Assembly: GCA_951406725.2 (NCBI GenBank)
Contig: OX597825.1
Coordinates: 33,294,001-33,358,000, forward strand
From: Octopus vulgaris
Lineage: Eukaryota
DNA: 64,000 nt
Direction of reading: 5' to 3'
Shown here: in pieces, positions 23,559 to 36,896 of the stretch
How positions within the stretch are numbered: the stretch's first letter is position 1
Layout of the letters: each line of letters begins with the position of its first letter
Position numbers and translations under genes: made by a program
Notes under the pieces: generated by a model
What the model was told of the DNA's origin: nothing
The model's database searches: none
Seen by the model: the letters and a program-made list of their open reading frames with translations, nothing else

Positions 23559-23947
23559 TAGGTGCAGGTGTGGCTGTGTGGTAAGAAGCTTGCTTCCCAA
23601 CCACATGGTTTCTGGGTTCAGTTCCCCTGCATGGCACCTTGTGCAAGTGTCTTCTACTATAGCCTCAGGCTGAGTGGATTTGGTAGACAGGAACTGACAG
23701 AAACTCTTTGTGTGTGTGTGTGTGTGTGTGATTGTGTCTGTGTTTGTCTCCAAACCCCACTTGACAACAGGTGTTGGTGTGTTTACATCCCCATAGCAGT
23801 TTGGCAAAAAAGGCTGATAGAATAAGTAGCAGGTTTTAAAAAAAAAAGGTAAGTACTAGGATTGATTTATGCAACCATAAATTCTTTGAGGTGGTGCCCC
23901 AGCATGGCAGCAGTCTAATGACTGAAACCTGCAAAAGAAAAATATGA
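23559..23947 (+). mobile_element. SINE family A, older subfamily, flanked by a 37-bp direct repeat
   Basis: Family A head and body; flanks 23522-23558 and 23948-23984 are 31/37 identical. Confidence 0.75.
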
Positions 23948-25129
23948 AATTACAATAATTCTAGTTTCATGTTTTAATGAGGTGAAGTATTTTCTTTGTT
24001 AAGTGCAGTGATTGTATTTTTGTTGTCCAAAGAGACAATATTGGCATAGTCCTCACTGGAGAATAAGTGCAGATTTGGTAAGGTGCTTAGGTTGTATGTG
24101 AATGAGTATTTTCCAGTTACTCCAAAGTAACATGATTACTGGCTTCAACAATGCCTCTTCTATTGTTCTCAAACAATGCACTTACAGTTAGTCTCCGTAC
24201 TCACTAAATTCTTTAATCATGCCTGTTCTCTCTATATCTATCTCTATCTGTCTGAGGACTATAAGAGCACCTATCAGTCACCTGACTTGAAGTCCCATAG
24301 AATCTGAGAGGTAGGCAGGATTGTGCAGTATATGAATATGTGGAGGCTATCATGATAAAGAGTGCTATATTAACTGGTATTAAAGTCTCATCATAGTTGT
24401 GTTGAGAGTATAATTATACATTAGAGACACCAGCTAGCACATACAGTCAACATGTCTGTGCTTGCAAGAGATGTCATGTTTTTGATATTGTTGATTACTC
24501 CCAATTGGCCTGATTGAGCAGATCTTTGATCAAAGATATTCCAACCATGACCATAACATCTTTATTTTTATGGATATAATGTACCCTAGACTATGTCATC
24601 CAATGTGTTCCCTTTTTAAATTGATAGGGTTTGGTTTGAGAAGTACTTGATAGCTATTTCTAGCTGGTAGAACAATCATTTAAAGGCTTTTGCACTGGGT
24701 TGAGGGACATTTCAGAAGCAAGCATTTAAGTAAAACCAACCCTAAAGTATGAAAATGAAAACTAAAAACGCCTTATTTACAGGAATGGTCAAATTAGGTC
24801 TAAAAGGGATTTTGACACTGCACATCCATAAATTCTCTTTTTATTGAAATCATATTTGTATCAAAGAAAACAAATCCTAAATAGTTTTAAAAGATCTCTA
24901 CATAAATGACATAGTAGAAATAGCAGCCAAAATCATCCTTAAATCACACTCTACTTTAAAATATGTCTTAAAAAGGGAAGATAGCATTAGATATTGAAGT
25001 CTTAGTTACACTGTGTATGAAAAATAAAGACAACAAGAATACCATAACTGGAACACCTTTGATTTTAGGTCTGCTTAATCAGATTTGAATTGGGGCTAAC
25101 AGCAATAGTAAAGATCAATGTCATAACCT

Positions 25130-25345
25130 TGGATAAAATCTAGGATTCCCTGTGGAAGCATTACAAGTCATACAACATTGATGGTGAAACTCTTGCAACT
25201 GTGATCCAGAAAATCCAGGATGGAAAAGCACCTGGAAGAAACTTGATTGTTGGATATTAGTACAAAAAGCTAACCTTCTACCGACTATATCTTATCAATC
25301 TGTACCAACAAGCTCTTAATGGGAACAGTAGCATATGACACTGGT
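25130..25345 (+). mobile_element. Non-LTR RT N-terminal fragment (R4-like)
   Basis: TLATVIQKIQDGKAPGRNLIVGY*YKKL matches the KAPGxDxIxxxWYK RT domain-0 motif. Confidence 0.55.
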
Positions 25346-25469
25346 TAGCTCTAGCAGAACCATCCACATGGCAAAAAACTACATTGAGATTAGAGACACA
25401 TTCCAGAAATTCCCAGCTTTTCAGCAAGGGATGGATTGGCCAGATCCAAGTACAATGATCAAGAAGGTT

Positions 25470-26570
25470 CCTTTGATGTAGCAATGGTACCTTTGACAAT
25501 ACTGATGTATGCAATCTTGTTAGCTTTTTCATCTGAGATTTATATAATAAGAAATTCCCTCAACTAGCTTTGACCTCTACAGAGATGATACTTCGGTAAT
25601 ATCAAGGGGAATGAATGGCCTCACGTTCAATAGGCTTATGTAGGACCTAATCCACGCACTGAATTCTCTTGGTGTCAAGGTCACAATAGAAACCAACATG
25701 AAGATGATTGAATTGCTCATTGTGACTTAGACTTAGAACCTGGTACCTATAGGTCCTTTAGGAAGCCAAATGAAAAGCTGAGAGGCTGACATATGATAAA
25801 CAGCTGCCTGTCATCCGGTCATAGTGTACAGGAATCTAGTGAAGAGGGTCGGCAGAAGAACCCCGGACCTGTCTTACAAGTAATGAGTTTTTCAACACCA
25901 CTGTACTGCAACAAGGCCCTGTCTGACAACAATGTTAATGATAGGATTAGTTAGACACCTGACCCTAACCTCAACAAGAGAAAATGTCACTGGAAAATGT
26001 TGTGGTTTACACCCCTCTCCTTAAGTATAAAAACTTGTGTAGGCAAGATCATGCTTAGTATAGTTGATAAACACCTTCACTGGATTAATAGGTTCTATAA
26101 AATGTTTAAGAACTTTAAAACATGCTTAAAGAGTTTCTTTTAGCTATGCACCCAGCATGAAGAAAATATTAGTAGGTGGACCCACACCTGAGAATACTCA
26201 TGCAGAAGCAACACCACATGTTTCTTTAACAGCCACTACAATACAAGGACATTCACATATGAAGCAGAGGTGATGCCAAAGGACCCTAGCAGGCAATCAA
26301 TTGTGCTGAAGTATGTGGGCACAACTGAAGGCCCTTTCAGAACCAGATTAACAACCATAAGTTCTTCTTTAATATCCAGGGGAGACACAATGTCACAGCC
26401 CTGATTTAGCATTTATGGTCATCAAAGGAAAGAGCCACATACTTCATTAAATGACAAGAACAGGAGAAATGAAAATAACAACAGTTATGCCTAGCTGAGG
26501 AACATCTTAAATTGCAAGAAATAAATTTTTCACTTGTGCCCATATGCAAAAAATTACATGATCAGTTAGC
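25470..26570 (+). mobile_element. Decayed Penelope-like element (RT + GIY-YIG endonuclease)
   Basis: Frameshifted remnants DVAM..FD..VC.LV, LYRDD, VTIETNMK...GTYRSFRKPNEKL, LWFTP and KYVGTTEGPFRTRL..HK. Confidence 0.75.
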
Positions 26571-27008
26571 TATGGGCTCCACCATAATTATAGTTACTAC
26601 AATTTCCACCATTGTCCTTCTATCATCACAGCCTGAGAATCCAGCAAGGTTTTGACCACATCAAGCCATACACACCTAAACAGACAAATGTATATAAAGC
26701 CAAACATGATTTTAAAGGATCAGGCACCTGCCCAGCCTCTCCCTCCAAATCTCCCTACACATATATCAACCCCACACTGCCTGCACCTAAATCCCACTTT
26801 TGCTGGCAGTCACCACTCACTCACGGCTTTTTGGGGGGACAGAGGACATAACACTTGATGGGATCCCATCTCTTAATTGTCAAGTACAAGACTTGAAAGC
26901 ATCACGTTGATATGATCAACTAAAACCCTCCTCCAAGGCAGTGCTCCAGCATGGTCACTGCTCAATGACTGAAAGACAGAAAAGGGTACCAAAAGATATA
27001 TCATATAT

Positions 27009-27171
27009 GGGGCAGATGTGGCTGTGTGATACAAAATTTGCTTCCCAACAACATGGTTCTAGGTTTAGTCCCACTGCATGGCATCTTGGGTAAGTGTCTT
27101 CTACTATAGCCTCAGGTTAACCAAAGCCTTTTAAGTGGAATCGGTAGATGGAAACTGAAAGGAGTGCATCA

Positions 27172-27202
<31 letters not shown>

Positions 27203-27239
27203 GTGTGTATATATATATGTGTGTATATATATGTGTATG

Positions 27240-27308
<69 letters not shown>

Positions 27309-27590
27309 GTACATATATTTGTGTAGGTATATGTATACATCATATATGTGTGTGTGTGTTTTGGTGTCTGTGTTTGTTTCCCCACCTCTGCTTGACAATC
27401 AGTATTAGTGTGTTTAATCTCCGTAACTTGGCAGTTTAGCAAAAAAGATTGATAGAATAAGAAGCAGTCTTAAAATAAAACTTTTTAAATAAGTAATGAG
27501 ATTGATTTGTTTAGTTAAAGTCCTTCAAGGTGGTGCCCCATCATGGCCATAGTCTAATGCCCCAAACAAATAAAAGAAAGGCAAGAGATA
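27009..27590 (+). mobile_element. SINE family A with internal microsatellite expanded to about 190 bp
   Basis: Family A head and tail flank (TA)n/(TG)n at 27170-27360. Confidence 0.75.
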
Positions 27591-27769
27591 AAAGGAGGTT
27601 ATATATATAAAAATGTGTATGTGTGTGTGTGCATGTATGTATACCTTTGTCTTAACATCATCATGTGATGGTTGTATATGAGCATCATCATCATCATAGA
27701 AGTGAGATTGTCCATTTCCAGTCTTCTGTAAAGGGCGTGTGCGACCATGGGAAAATATTACTTTGCTTG

Positions 27770-28415
27770 GAAACAGATGGAAATTGTTAAAACTGGTGTT
27801 GTGGGAATTTGAAACCAAATCCCTGGATACACCATCAAACATCATGAGCAAACCACTATTGTTTCATGTATTTGGTCTATTAAGCTTTTAGCATTTAATC
27901 CAGCCATATCTGGCCCAAATATTACACCTGTTTTATGTTACAACTGACCAGATCAAGCCACTCACACCTACCCTATGATGTCATTCTAAAAGTATACAAA
28001 CACTCCATTGAAATCTTGAAGCTTTAAGATAATGCATGATTAATTCAAAACTATGTGAATAGATAAGTATTACATTTGACAAAGGAATCTAAAAAGATTC
28101 CTTTGTCAAATGTAATACTTATCTATTCACATAGTTTTGTATTAATCATGCATTATCTTAAAGCTTCAAGATTTCAATGGAGTGTTTGTATACTTTTAGA
28201 ATGACATCATAGGGTAGGTGTGAGTGGCTTGATCTGGTCAGTTGTAACATAAAACAGGTGTAATATTTGGGCCAGATATGGCTGGATTAAATGCTAAAAG
28301 CTTAATAGACCAAATACATGAAACAATAGTGGTTTGCTCATGATGTTTGATGGTGTATCCAGGGATTTGGTTTCAAATTCCCACAACACCAGTTTTAACA
28401 ATTTCCATCTGTTTC
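27770..28415. repeat. Near-perfect 646-bp palindrome (321-bp arms, AAAA loop)
   Basis: 27770-28090 is the reverse complement of 28095-28415; I saw one mismatch (28045/28140). Confidence 0.95.
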
Positions 28416-29739
28416 TGACCAATCAGTGTGAAGTGATAACATAGATACGTTTTCTCAAATATTCTAGAATTTGACTTCTAGTACCCTACAAAAACCGTTT
28501 GGCACACATTTTTACCAGCCAGACAACCAGGAAGGTGGTTAAGACAGATCAGACAGATAGATGACTGGAACTTCCAGCACCATAAATATAACACAATTGT
28601 TTCCAGTTGTGTTAGGCTAGCTGCATGTTACCACATCAACAGCTTGCATGCCTCTCTCCTAGTATGTAATTATTGCTGTTGTTATCAGTTAAAGGTTAAT
28701 GCAGTTTGTCTTTATATGCGATGATAAAATTTCCCATTAAATGTTCATGAGTGTTGTTCACTTACTTCTACACACAGTCTAAGAAACATATTTCCATTCA
28801 TCAATTCAATCAATTACCACCACAAACAAGACTAACAGCCAACAGATTGTGACAATCTGCTTCAAAAATTTCCATCTGAACCACACAAGCTTGTAAATTT
28901 GGATGTTTTATGATGTTGATGATGATAACAGATTAGAAACTCAACAAGAGAATTGCTACTTGATAATGGTCTCTCAATGGAACACTATTGATGATAAACT
29001 TACTCAGCCAGTGTTGAACTGTGGTTAGACAACAACAGCAACAACAACAACAACAACAACATATAACTGGTTAATGAACCAGATAGAGATTCTCTACTTA
29101 GTCATTTGACCTGCAAGAAATAGCAGCAAAATCTCCCTTGAATCATGCACTACCATCTTAAATAAGGAAAGGAGACATTAGATAATATAGTGCTAAATAT
29201 ACCAAAAAAAGAAATTTCAATGGTTATGACTGAAATTCTATTTATCACAGGTCTGCTCAAGCAAGGATGACCTAGGGCTAAGCAGCAATTTATAACCACC
29301 ACTCTCTCTCTCTCTCTCACACACATACACTCTCTCTCTCACGCTCTCTCCCTCTTGTTCTTGCTGTTGTTGTTTGCAACATCTCCCCTCTGCTGGGAAT
29401 TCAAAATATTGATTTCTGACAAAAGCACGTTATTTTAGGTCTACACCAGGTGGAAACCCAGTTCTATGACGTTCATGCAGATCCAGAAACCATTAGTGAA
29501 TAGAACTGGCATGATCCAAAACAGGTAATGAAAGCCATATCACAGTGTTGCTTCTCCTATAACTTACAGCTGTTCCATGATGCTTACCATTGTAGTGGAT
29601 TCAAAAATATTGATTTATTTTGTCTAAGCAGAACGCCTCTGGAGAATTCAAAATATTAGACTCACAAAAATTAATCCTAAACTATTCCATTTCTTGCTGT
29701 AAGAAGATAACAATGATTCTTTCTTCTCTCGGTGAACAA

Positions 29740-29747
29740 TGTTCTCT

Positions 29748-29814
<67 letters not shown>

Positions 29815-30015
29815 CTCTTTTTCTCTCTCTTTTTCTCTTTCTGACGCTCTCTCTCTCTCTTTCTCTCTCTTTTTCTCTTTCTGACACTCTTTCTCTGTCT
29901 CTGTTTCTCTCTGTCTCTCTCTCTTTCTCTCTCTTTTTCTCTTTCTGATGCCCTCTTTCTGTCTGTCTGTCTCTCTCTGTCTCTCTGTCTCTCTCTGTCT
30001 GTCTGTCTGTCTCCC
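29740..30015. repeat. (TTTC)n/(TC)n/(TCTG)n microsatellite
   Basis: Visible simple repeats. Confidence 0.95.
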
Positions 30016-30734
30016 TCTGGTGTAAATGAAACAACTTACACATGAATATTCAATGATATATCAAAATGTTCAAAGTGGATTAAATATTTCTATATTTTCG
30101 TGTGAGTGGTTGTGGGTGGTATCATAAAAACCTTTTCTAATCCTCTTTTCCTAAACCTATGATGTTGCCACGAAGAATATTCTTTCTATTGAACGATACA
30201 TTTGCATTTAAAATGGTGACTACAGTCTTGAAGTTATTGATCTGCAAGACCCAATCTTTTGATACTTCAATAGACACAAACAAAAAAAAAAAGATGTGAT
30301 ATACTTTTTGCACAGTTATGTTTTCATCTCTCTATTATACGCATATGTACGATGTAAACAAAGCTGATTATTGCCAGAGATAGTCAATCATCTTCTGAAG
30401 AAGGACAGTAAGCAGCTTCTCCAAAGAATTAGATGGAAATTACAATGTCTCAAATTCAATTTATATCTTCTTTTGTCTGGTATATGGAAAGAGTAACAGA
30501 AACAGACTTTGTGTGGAGAAGTACGACTCTGTTGAAGAAAAACAGGATGGCGGTATTGTTTTGTGTTGTAAATAGTTTGAGGAGATGCGAGGCTGTTGTA
30601 GTAGCCATAGAAGAGGCAGAAAGAGACAGGAATCTGTTCAACAGTCTGCCAGTGTGTGAAGTGTGTTTGTTGAAAGAAGATTTATTATGGTGGATGGACA
30701 TTTTTTTTACTGGATGAAATCCAAAATATGCCTC

Positions 30735-31122
<388 letters not shown>

Positions 31123-31128
31123 AATTAT

Positions 31129-31422
31129 TGTAGGGTGGAACTTAAGCCTGAAGTAAGTGCAGGGACTGCAAGTATTACCTAGCCCTGAGATGGAAATTTA
31201 ATCCAAGTGATTGACTTGCATATAAGGTGTATGTGGCCTGCATACAGTGTTTTCTCTCACTTTGTAATTGGAGAGACCTAAGAACCATTGCTGTCGTTTC
31301 ACTTACCAAACCCTGAATAAAGTCCTTTGCAACACTGCTCATTCAATTATGCTGAGTTCTTGAACACAGCTATGCCTTTGCAAATCACAAAGCAGAGAAA
31401 GATCTGCTGCAACAAGCTTACA
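31129..31422 (+). mobile_element. Possible solo LTR
   Basis: TGTA...TACA termini, internal TATAA and AATAAA in the expected order; TSD match is weak. Confidence 0.3.
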
Positions 31423-31515
31423 GTTCTCTGACCACTAAAAGCCATTAATCCAGCTTTATCAAAGACAAATTACCTATTACTTTCACAGGCAAAGCTTTGT
31501 CTGTCAAAAGCCATG

Positions 31516-31591
<76 letters not shown>

Positions 31592-31710
31592 ATGTATATA
31601 TGTGTGTGTGTTTGTGTGTATATATATATGTATATGTGTGTATATGTATATATATATTATAAATATATATATATTTATATATATATATATTGTGCGTGTG
31701 TGTGTGTGTG

Positions 31711-31779
<69 letters not shown>

Positions 31780-32455
31780 CTTAAGTGAAATGATGCACTG
31801 TGACTACATAAGAAGAATGGTAATTTCATTATTCTTATTCTTCTCAGCCAATTAACCTTCAGACTGCTAATATTAATTTAGAAAGAAAGAAATGGAAAAA
31901 GCAATTTGATATTGTGTGTAGAATGTGAAGAGCAGGTATCCAGAGATGTCCAAAGTGATGATAAAAAGAAAAAAAGAGAATCAATGTAATGTTGTAATGT
32001 TTTTGAAAGAAAAACAATAATTATGGAATTAAGACTGTAGACAGTGGTTAAGAGAAAAAGAGAGACAGAGAGAGAGAGAAAGAAAGGAAAAAAGCAGGGA
32101 TAGAATTACAATGTTTTGGTTATTGATATACATTGTAAAAGTTATATTTGTCAATGTGAAAGACAAGTTACAGGAGTTATAGAGGGAACTACATCAAATA
32201 AAGTAGGAATATAATGGAAGCTCCTACCGATTGAATTGTAAAATAGTAGGCTTGATTCAAAGCCATGTAACAACACACATGCTGTTGGTGATTGCGTTTC
32301 CTTCTTTGCACTTTCCCATTTCTCCTTTTTGACAAAGAGCAATGCTTGAAACGTCAAAACCTCTCTCCTTTTACTGAGTGTCAAACTAACACATTTGTTA
32401 TGCCTGTCCTCTTGTTGTCTGTTATGGTTAATTTTATTATTCATATATTTGAATT

Positions 32456-32662
32456 ACTCTTTTACTCTTTTACTTGTATCAGTCATTTGACTGTGGCCAT
32501 GTTGGAGCACCGTCCTTCAGTCGTGCAAATCGATCCCAGGACTTATTCTTTGTAAGCCTAGAACTTATTTTATCAGTCTCTCTTGCCGAACCACTAAGTT
32601 ACAGGGACGTAAACACACCAGCATCGGTTGTCAAGCGATGTTGGGGGGACAAACACAGACAC

Positions 32663-32757
<95 letters not shown>

Positions 32758-32920
32758 TACAACGGGCTTCTTTCAGTTTCCGTCTACCAAATCCACTCTC
32801 AAGGCTTTGGTCGGCCCGAGGTTATAGTAGAAGACACTTGCCCAAGGTGCCACGCAGTGGGACTGAACCCAGAACCATGTGGTTGGTAAGCAAGCTACTT
32901 ACCACACAGCCACTCCTACA
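32456..32920 (-). mobile_element. SINE family A, full length
   Basis: Matches family A. Confidence 0.85.
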
Positions 32921-33297
32921 ATAGGTTGTTTATTTGAATTGATTCAAAGGTATGTGGGAAGACTATGACTTTGGCTTGATAAAAGAAGAAAGGATAAGAC
33001 TTTTGAAAGTGTGTGAAGTTTATAACCAGTATTGGTTTGTTTATGTCCCCATAACTTTAAAGTTCAGCAAAAATGACCAGTAGAATAAGTACCAGACTTT
33101 AAAAAGTCAATTTGCTCAACTAAACCCTTCAAAGCAGTGCTCCAACATGGTCACAGTTCCTGTGACTGAAACAAGTAAAAGAAAATAACTCTAGCCTGCC
33201 AACTTTTCTGTAAATCCAGATGGACAGAGAGCCAAGCTGACATTCCATCAAACAGTAAAAAAACATAAACATTAGTTTAGGTTTCTATGTTTCTCAT

Positions 33298-33495
33298 AGG
33301 CATAGGAGTACCTGTGTGGTAAGTAGCTTGCTTACCAACCACATGGTTCCGGGTTCAGTCCCACTGCATGGCACCTTCAGCAAGTGTCTTCTACTATAGT
33401 CTCGGGCCGACCAAAGCATTGTGAGTGGATTTGATAGACGGAAACTGAAAGAAGCCCGTCGTATATATGTATGTGTATATATATATATATATATA

Positions 33496-33539
<44 letters not shown>

Positions 33540-33752
33540 GTGTGTATATGTTTGTGTGTCTGTGTTTGTCCCCCAACATCGTTTTGCAACTGATGCTGGT
33601 GTGTTTACGTCCCCGTAACTTAGCGGTTCGGCAAAAGAGACCGATAGAATAAGTACTAGGCTTACAAAGAATAAGTCCTGGGGTCGAATTGCTTGACTAA
33701 AGGCGGTGCTCCAGCATGGCCACAGTCAAATGACTGAAAGAAATAAAAGAAA
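33298..33752 (+). mobile_element. SINE family A, full length, inverted relative to 32456-32920
   Basis: Matches family A. Confidence 0.85.
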
Positions 33753-33829
33753 ATATAAGAATTACTAGTGGTAGCAGAAAGTTAATTCTGTAAAGGCCAA
33801 TTTTTAAACAATCTTATTTTGTTAAGTGA

Positions 33830-34090
33830 TGCAGTAAATCAAGCTTAAGCTTGTGATGTTCCTTCCACTGATACTGACCTGTCCACCTGGTCTTCAAGAT
33901 CATCGCTCATAATATACTTCAGAAAGACATTGAAGGAAGTAGGGGAGAAGATGCAACCATGACAAGCTATTATGGTGGTATAGAAACACTATCTAATGGT
34001 GCATCGTCCAAGTACTCCCCTAGTTGCCTTGACAAACAGCTACTTTTGCCCCGTGTTAAATGTCTTCATAGTTGCCCATAAAATATCATC
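33830..34090 (-). mobile_element. RTE-like RT fragment
   Basis: Minus-strand remnant resembling the RT QGC.LSP..FN.F motif (GCIFSPTSFNVFL). Confidence 0.45.
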
Positions 34091-34249
34091 CTGCCAAGTG
34101 TAAAGTTTGGTATGTAGCAGGATTTATATAAAAGTTGCAGATAGGGTTACTTTACTGAGTGCCAAGGGTATTTGAGAACACTTAATTGTCAGTATATTTC
34201 TCCCTTCAGACCAATTAAAAGGATCTTATTTCCTTCATATCTTCCATGG

Positions 34250-35283
34250 CAGTTAAAATGATAACACAAGAAATAAAAAGACATGCTTTAAAAGTCATTG
34301 TTGCCATGGTTGAAGAACACAAATTGTCAGCTTTGTAATTGTTGCAAGATCTTTTGTACACAGAGTCCAGATGTAATTGGAAGCCTCCAACCAAAATGTC
34401 TCAACTGTATCAAAGAGGGAAAAACATTGTAAACATTCAGACACTATAAAAGTACTGCAATTTATTGAACAGATTCAAAAAATTATCACTGATGATTCTG
34501 GAAAAGTGATGAAGGCCACCAGCAAAAAACTTAAGGTGTCAGTGTACTAGAGTATATTTGATATAAGTTGTATATACAGAAAAGAGACCAATTTTTGTCT
34601 GCAAAGACATAGGAAAATCATTTGATCTATGCCAAGTGGTCAATTAACAAATGGTTATGCAGAGTGGTTACTCACAAACGTGGCATGCTTTGGTTATTCT
34701 TTGAAGAGAAAAAACTTCAACCAAGACAAAAAAGTCTTACAGGAGAAATAACAGATGGTTATGTGTGGATCCTTCTGATGCTCCAACAGTGAGGCACACT
34801 AGCTTCCTAGCAACTGTAATGGTTTTAGAGGTGATGAGTACTGAAGGTTATGTTTTTCTGCCACACATTTTCCCACAAGGTCTTAGAATTAATGCTACTG
34901 GGTACATTGAGGTGCTTGAATCAGTTGTTAAGCCTGCGATAGATGAAATAAGCAGTAGAAAGCCATACCTGTTTCAGCAAGACTCAGAACTTTCTCACAA
35001 AGCCCATATAACCCAAGCTTGGATGTCAGATAATCTTTACAGTCATGTAATACTGAACCTGAGGCCTGCAAACTCACCAGATTTAAATACCATGTGCTAC
35101 TATGTTTAGAATGTTTTTGAAAGGGAGACAAATAAACATCCTCACAATACTATATCGTTACTGAAGGCCACCATAATCTAGCCAGTGTCTGAAATAAATA
35201 AGGACCATTTAGTGTAGGCAAGTCAATGATTCTAATCTTTCACTGAAGCAATCTTTAAAGCTGAAGATGGATTCATAGAATAA
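34250..35283 (+). mobile_element. Decayed Tc1/mariner transposase, DD37D (maT-like) spacing
   Basis: FPQGLRINATGYIEVL...YLFQQDS...PANSPDLNTMCYYV, with 37 residues between the QQD Asp and the third catalytic position (now Cys). Terminus EDGFIE* at 35283; several stops. Confidence 0.8.
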
Positions 35284-35319
35284 TCTTATAAAAAAAGCTT
35301 ATTGAGAACATTTTTTTTC

Positions 35320-35865
35320 TTTTATTCTTTTACTTGTTTCAGTCAGTTGACTGCGGCCATGCTGGAACACTGCCTTTAGTTGAACAAACTGACCCCAGGA
35401 CTTATTCTTTGTAAGCCTAGTATTTATTCTATTGACCTCTTTTGCTGAACCGCTAAACACACCAACATCAGTTGTCAAGTGATGGTGGGGAGGGGACAAA
35501 CAAATACCTACATATATATAGCCGAAATTGCGAGGATGATCCAGTTCTTGAATGAAGATAAAAGGCTTTGAATGGCCCGTCCATGTTTTTTTGTATCGTC
35601 TTTCTGGATGTTTTGTTGTCCCCTTTTGTATCACCTAGCTGTCCAGATGTTTTGCGTTCTCATCACATTTTGTAATTTATTTTATATATATATATATACA
35701 CACACGATAGGCTTCTTTCAGTTTCTGTCTACTAAATCCACTCACAAGGCTTTGGTAGGCCTGAGGCTACAGTAGAAGACACTTGTCCAAGGTGCCATGT
35801 GGTGGGATTGGACCCGCAACCACATGGTTGGGAAGCAAGCTTCTTGCCACACAGCCACTCCTGCA
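35320..35865 (-). mobile_element. SINE family A with a ~160-bp foreign insert in its (TA)n
   Basis: Family A halves flank non-family sequence at 35521-35683. Confidence 0.7.
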
Positions 35866-36499
35866 TGTATAAACCACAAATTTCTATCAAAATATATAAA
35901 GTTTTTGCTAAATTAAATTTGTTTTACTATACTACTAAATTTGTCCTCAAATATCTCTCACACTCTATAGATAAATAAGAGAGTAAGAGCTGAACAGAGA
36001 AGGAGCAGGAGGAAAGTGCTGAAAGGTTAGGCAGAAAGTTAAACACAAAGTTAAATAAAAGTTTACTTAACCAGGAGAGAAATAAAAATCAAGTTGTGTT
36101 ACATCTTTCTCACATAACTGTAAATAGCAAAACTAACATTTTATCCATCTACGTGTAAACACTAATCTGAAAAGAGAAATTTTCAATATTTAATCAATAC
36201 ATTCATTGCATTGTGGTTATATCACTTCAGATGTACTTGTCAAATTATATTTCTTTTTGATATCTGATATTTGAAACTAGATACATTGAAAAGTAAACTA
36301 TATCTAAATCTTTTAAATAACCTTCAATAATATTTTAGAACTATGTATACTTTTCTTTTGTAGAATGTTCTCCATCTCTTAGTTAGAGATGACTAAAAGC
36401 TTTAGATTTATAAAGGGCATTTAGCCGTAAAATACAGCCTAAAAATACCCATCCAGTACATGCCAGGCTAGAAAAGCAGACATAGAAATGATACTCTCT

Positions 36500-36896
36500 C
36501 TTTTCTCTTTTACTTGTTTCAGTCATGTGACTGTGGCCATGCAGGAGCACCACCTTCAGTCGAGCAAATCGACCCCAGGACTTATTCTTTGTAAGGCTAG
36601 TACTTATTCTATCGGTCTCTTTGCTGAACCACTAAGTTACTGGGACGTAAACACACCAGCATCAGTTGTCAAGTGATGGCAGGGGGATAAACACAGACAT
36701 ACAAACACACACACTTATATATACATATACATATATACGACGGGCTTCTTTCAGTTTTCGTCTACCAAATCCACTCATAAGGCTTTGGTCGGCCTGAGGC
36801 TATAGTAGAAGACACCTGCCCAAGGTGACATGCAGTGGGACTGAACCTGGAATCATGTGGTTGGTAAGCAAGCTACTTACCACACAGCCACTCCTG
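36500..36896 (-). mobile_element. SINE family A, full length
   Basis: Matches family A. Confidence 0.85.
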
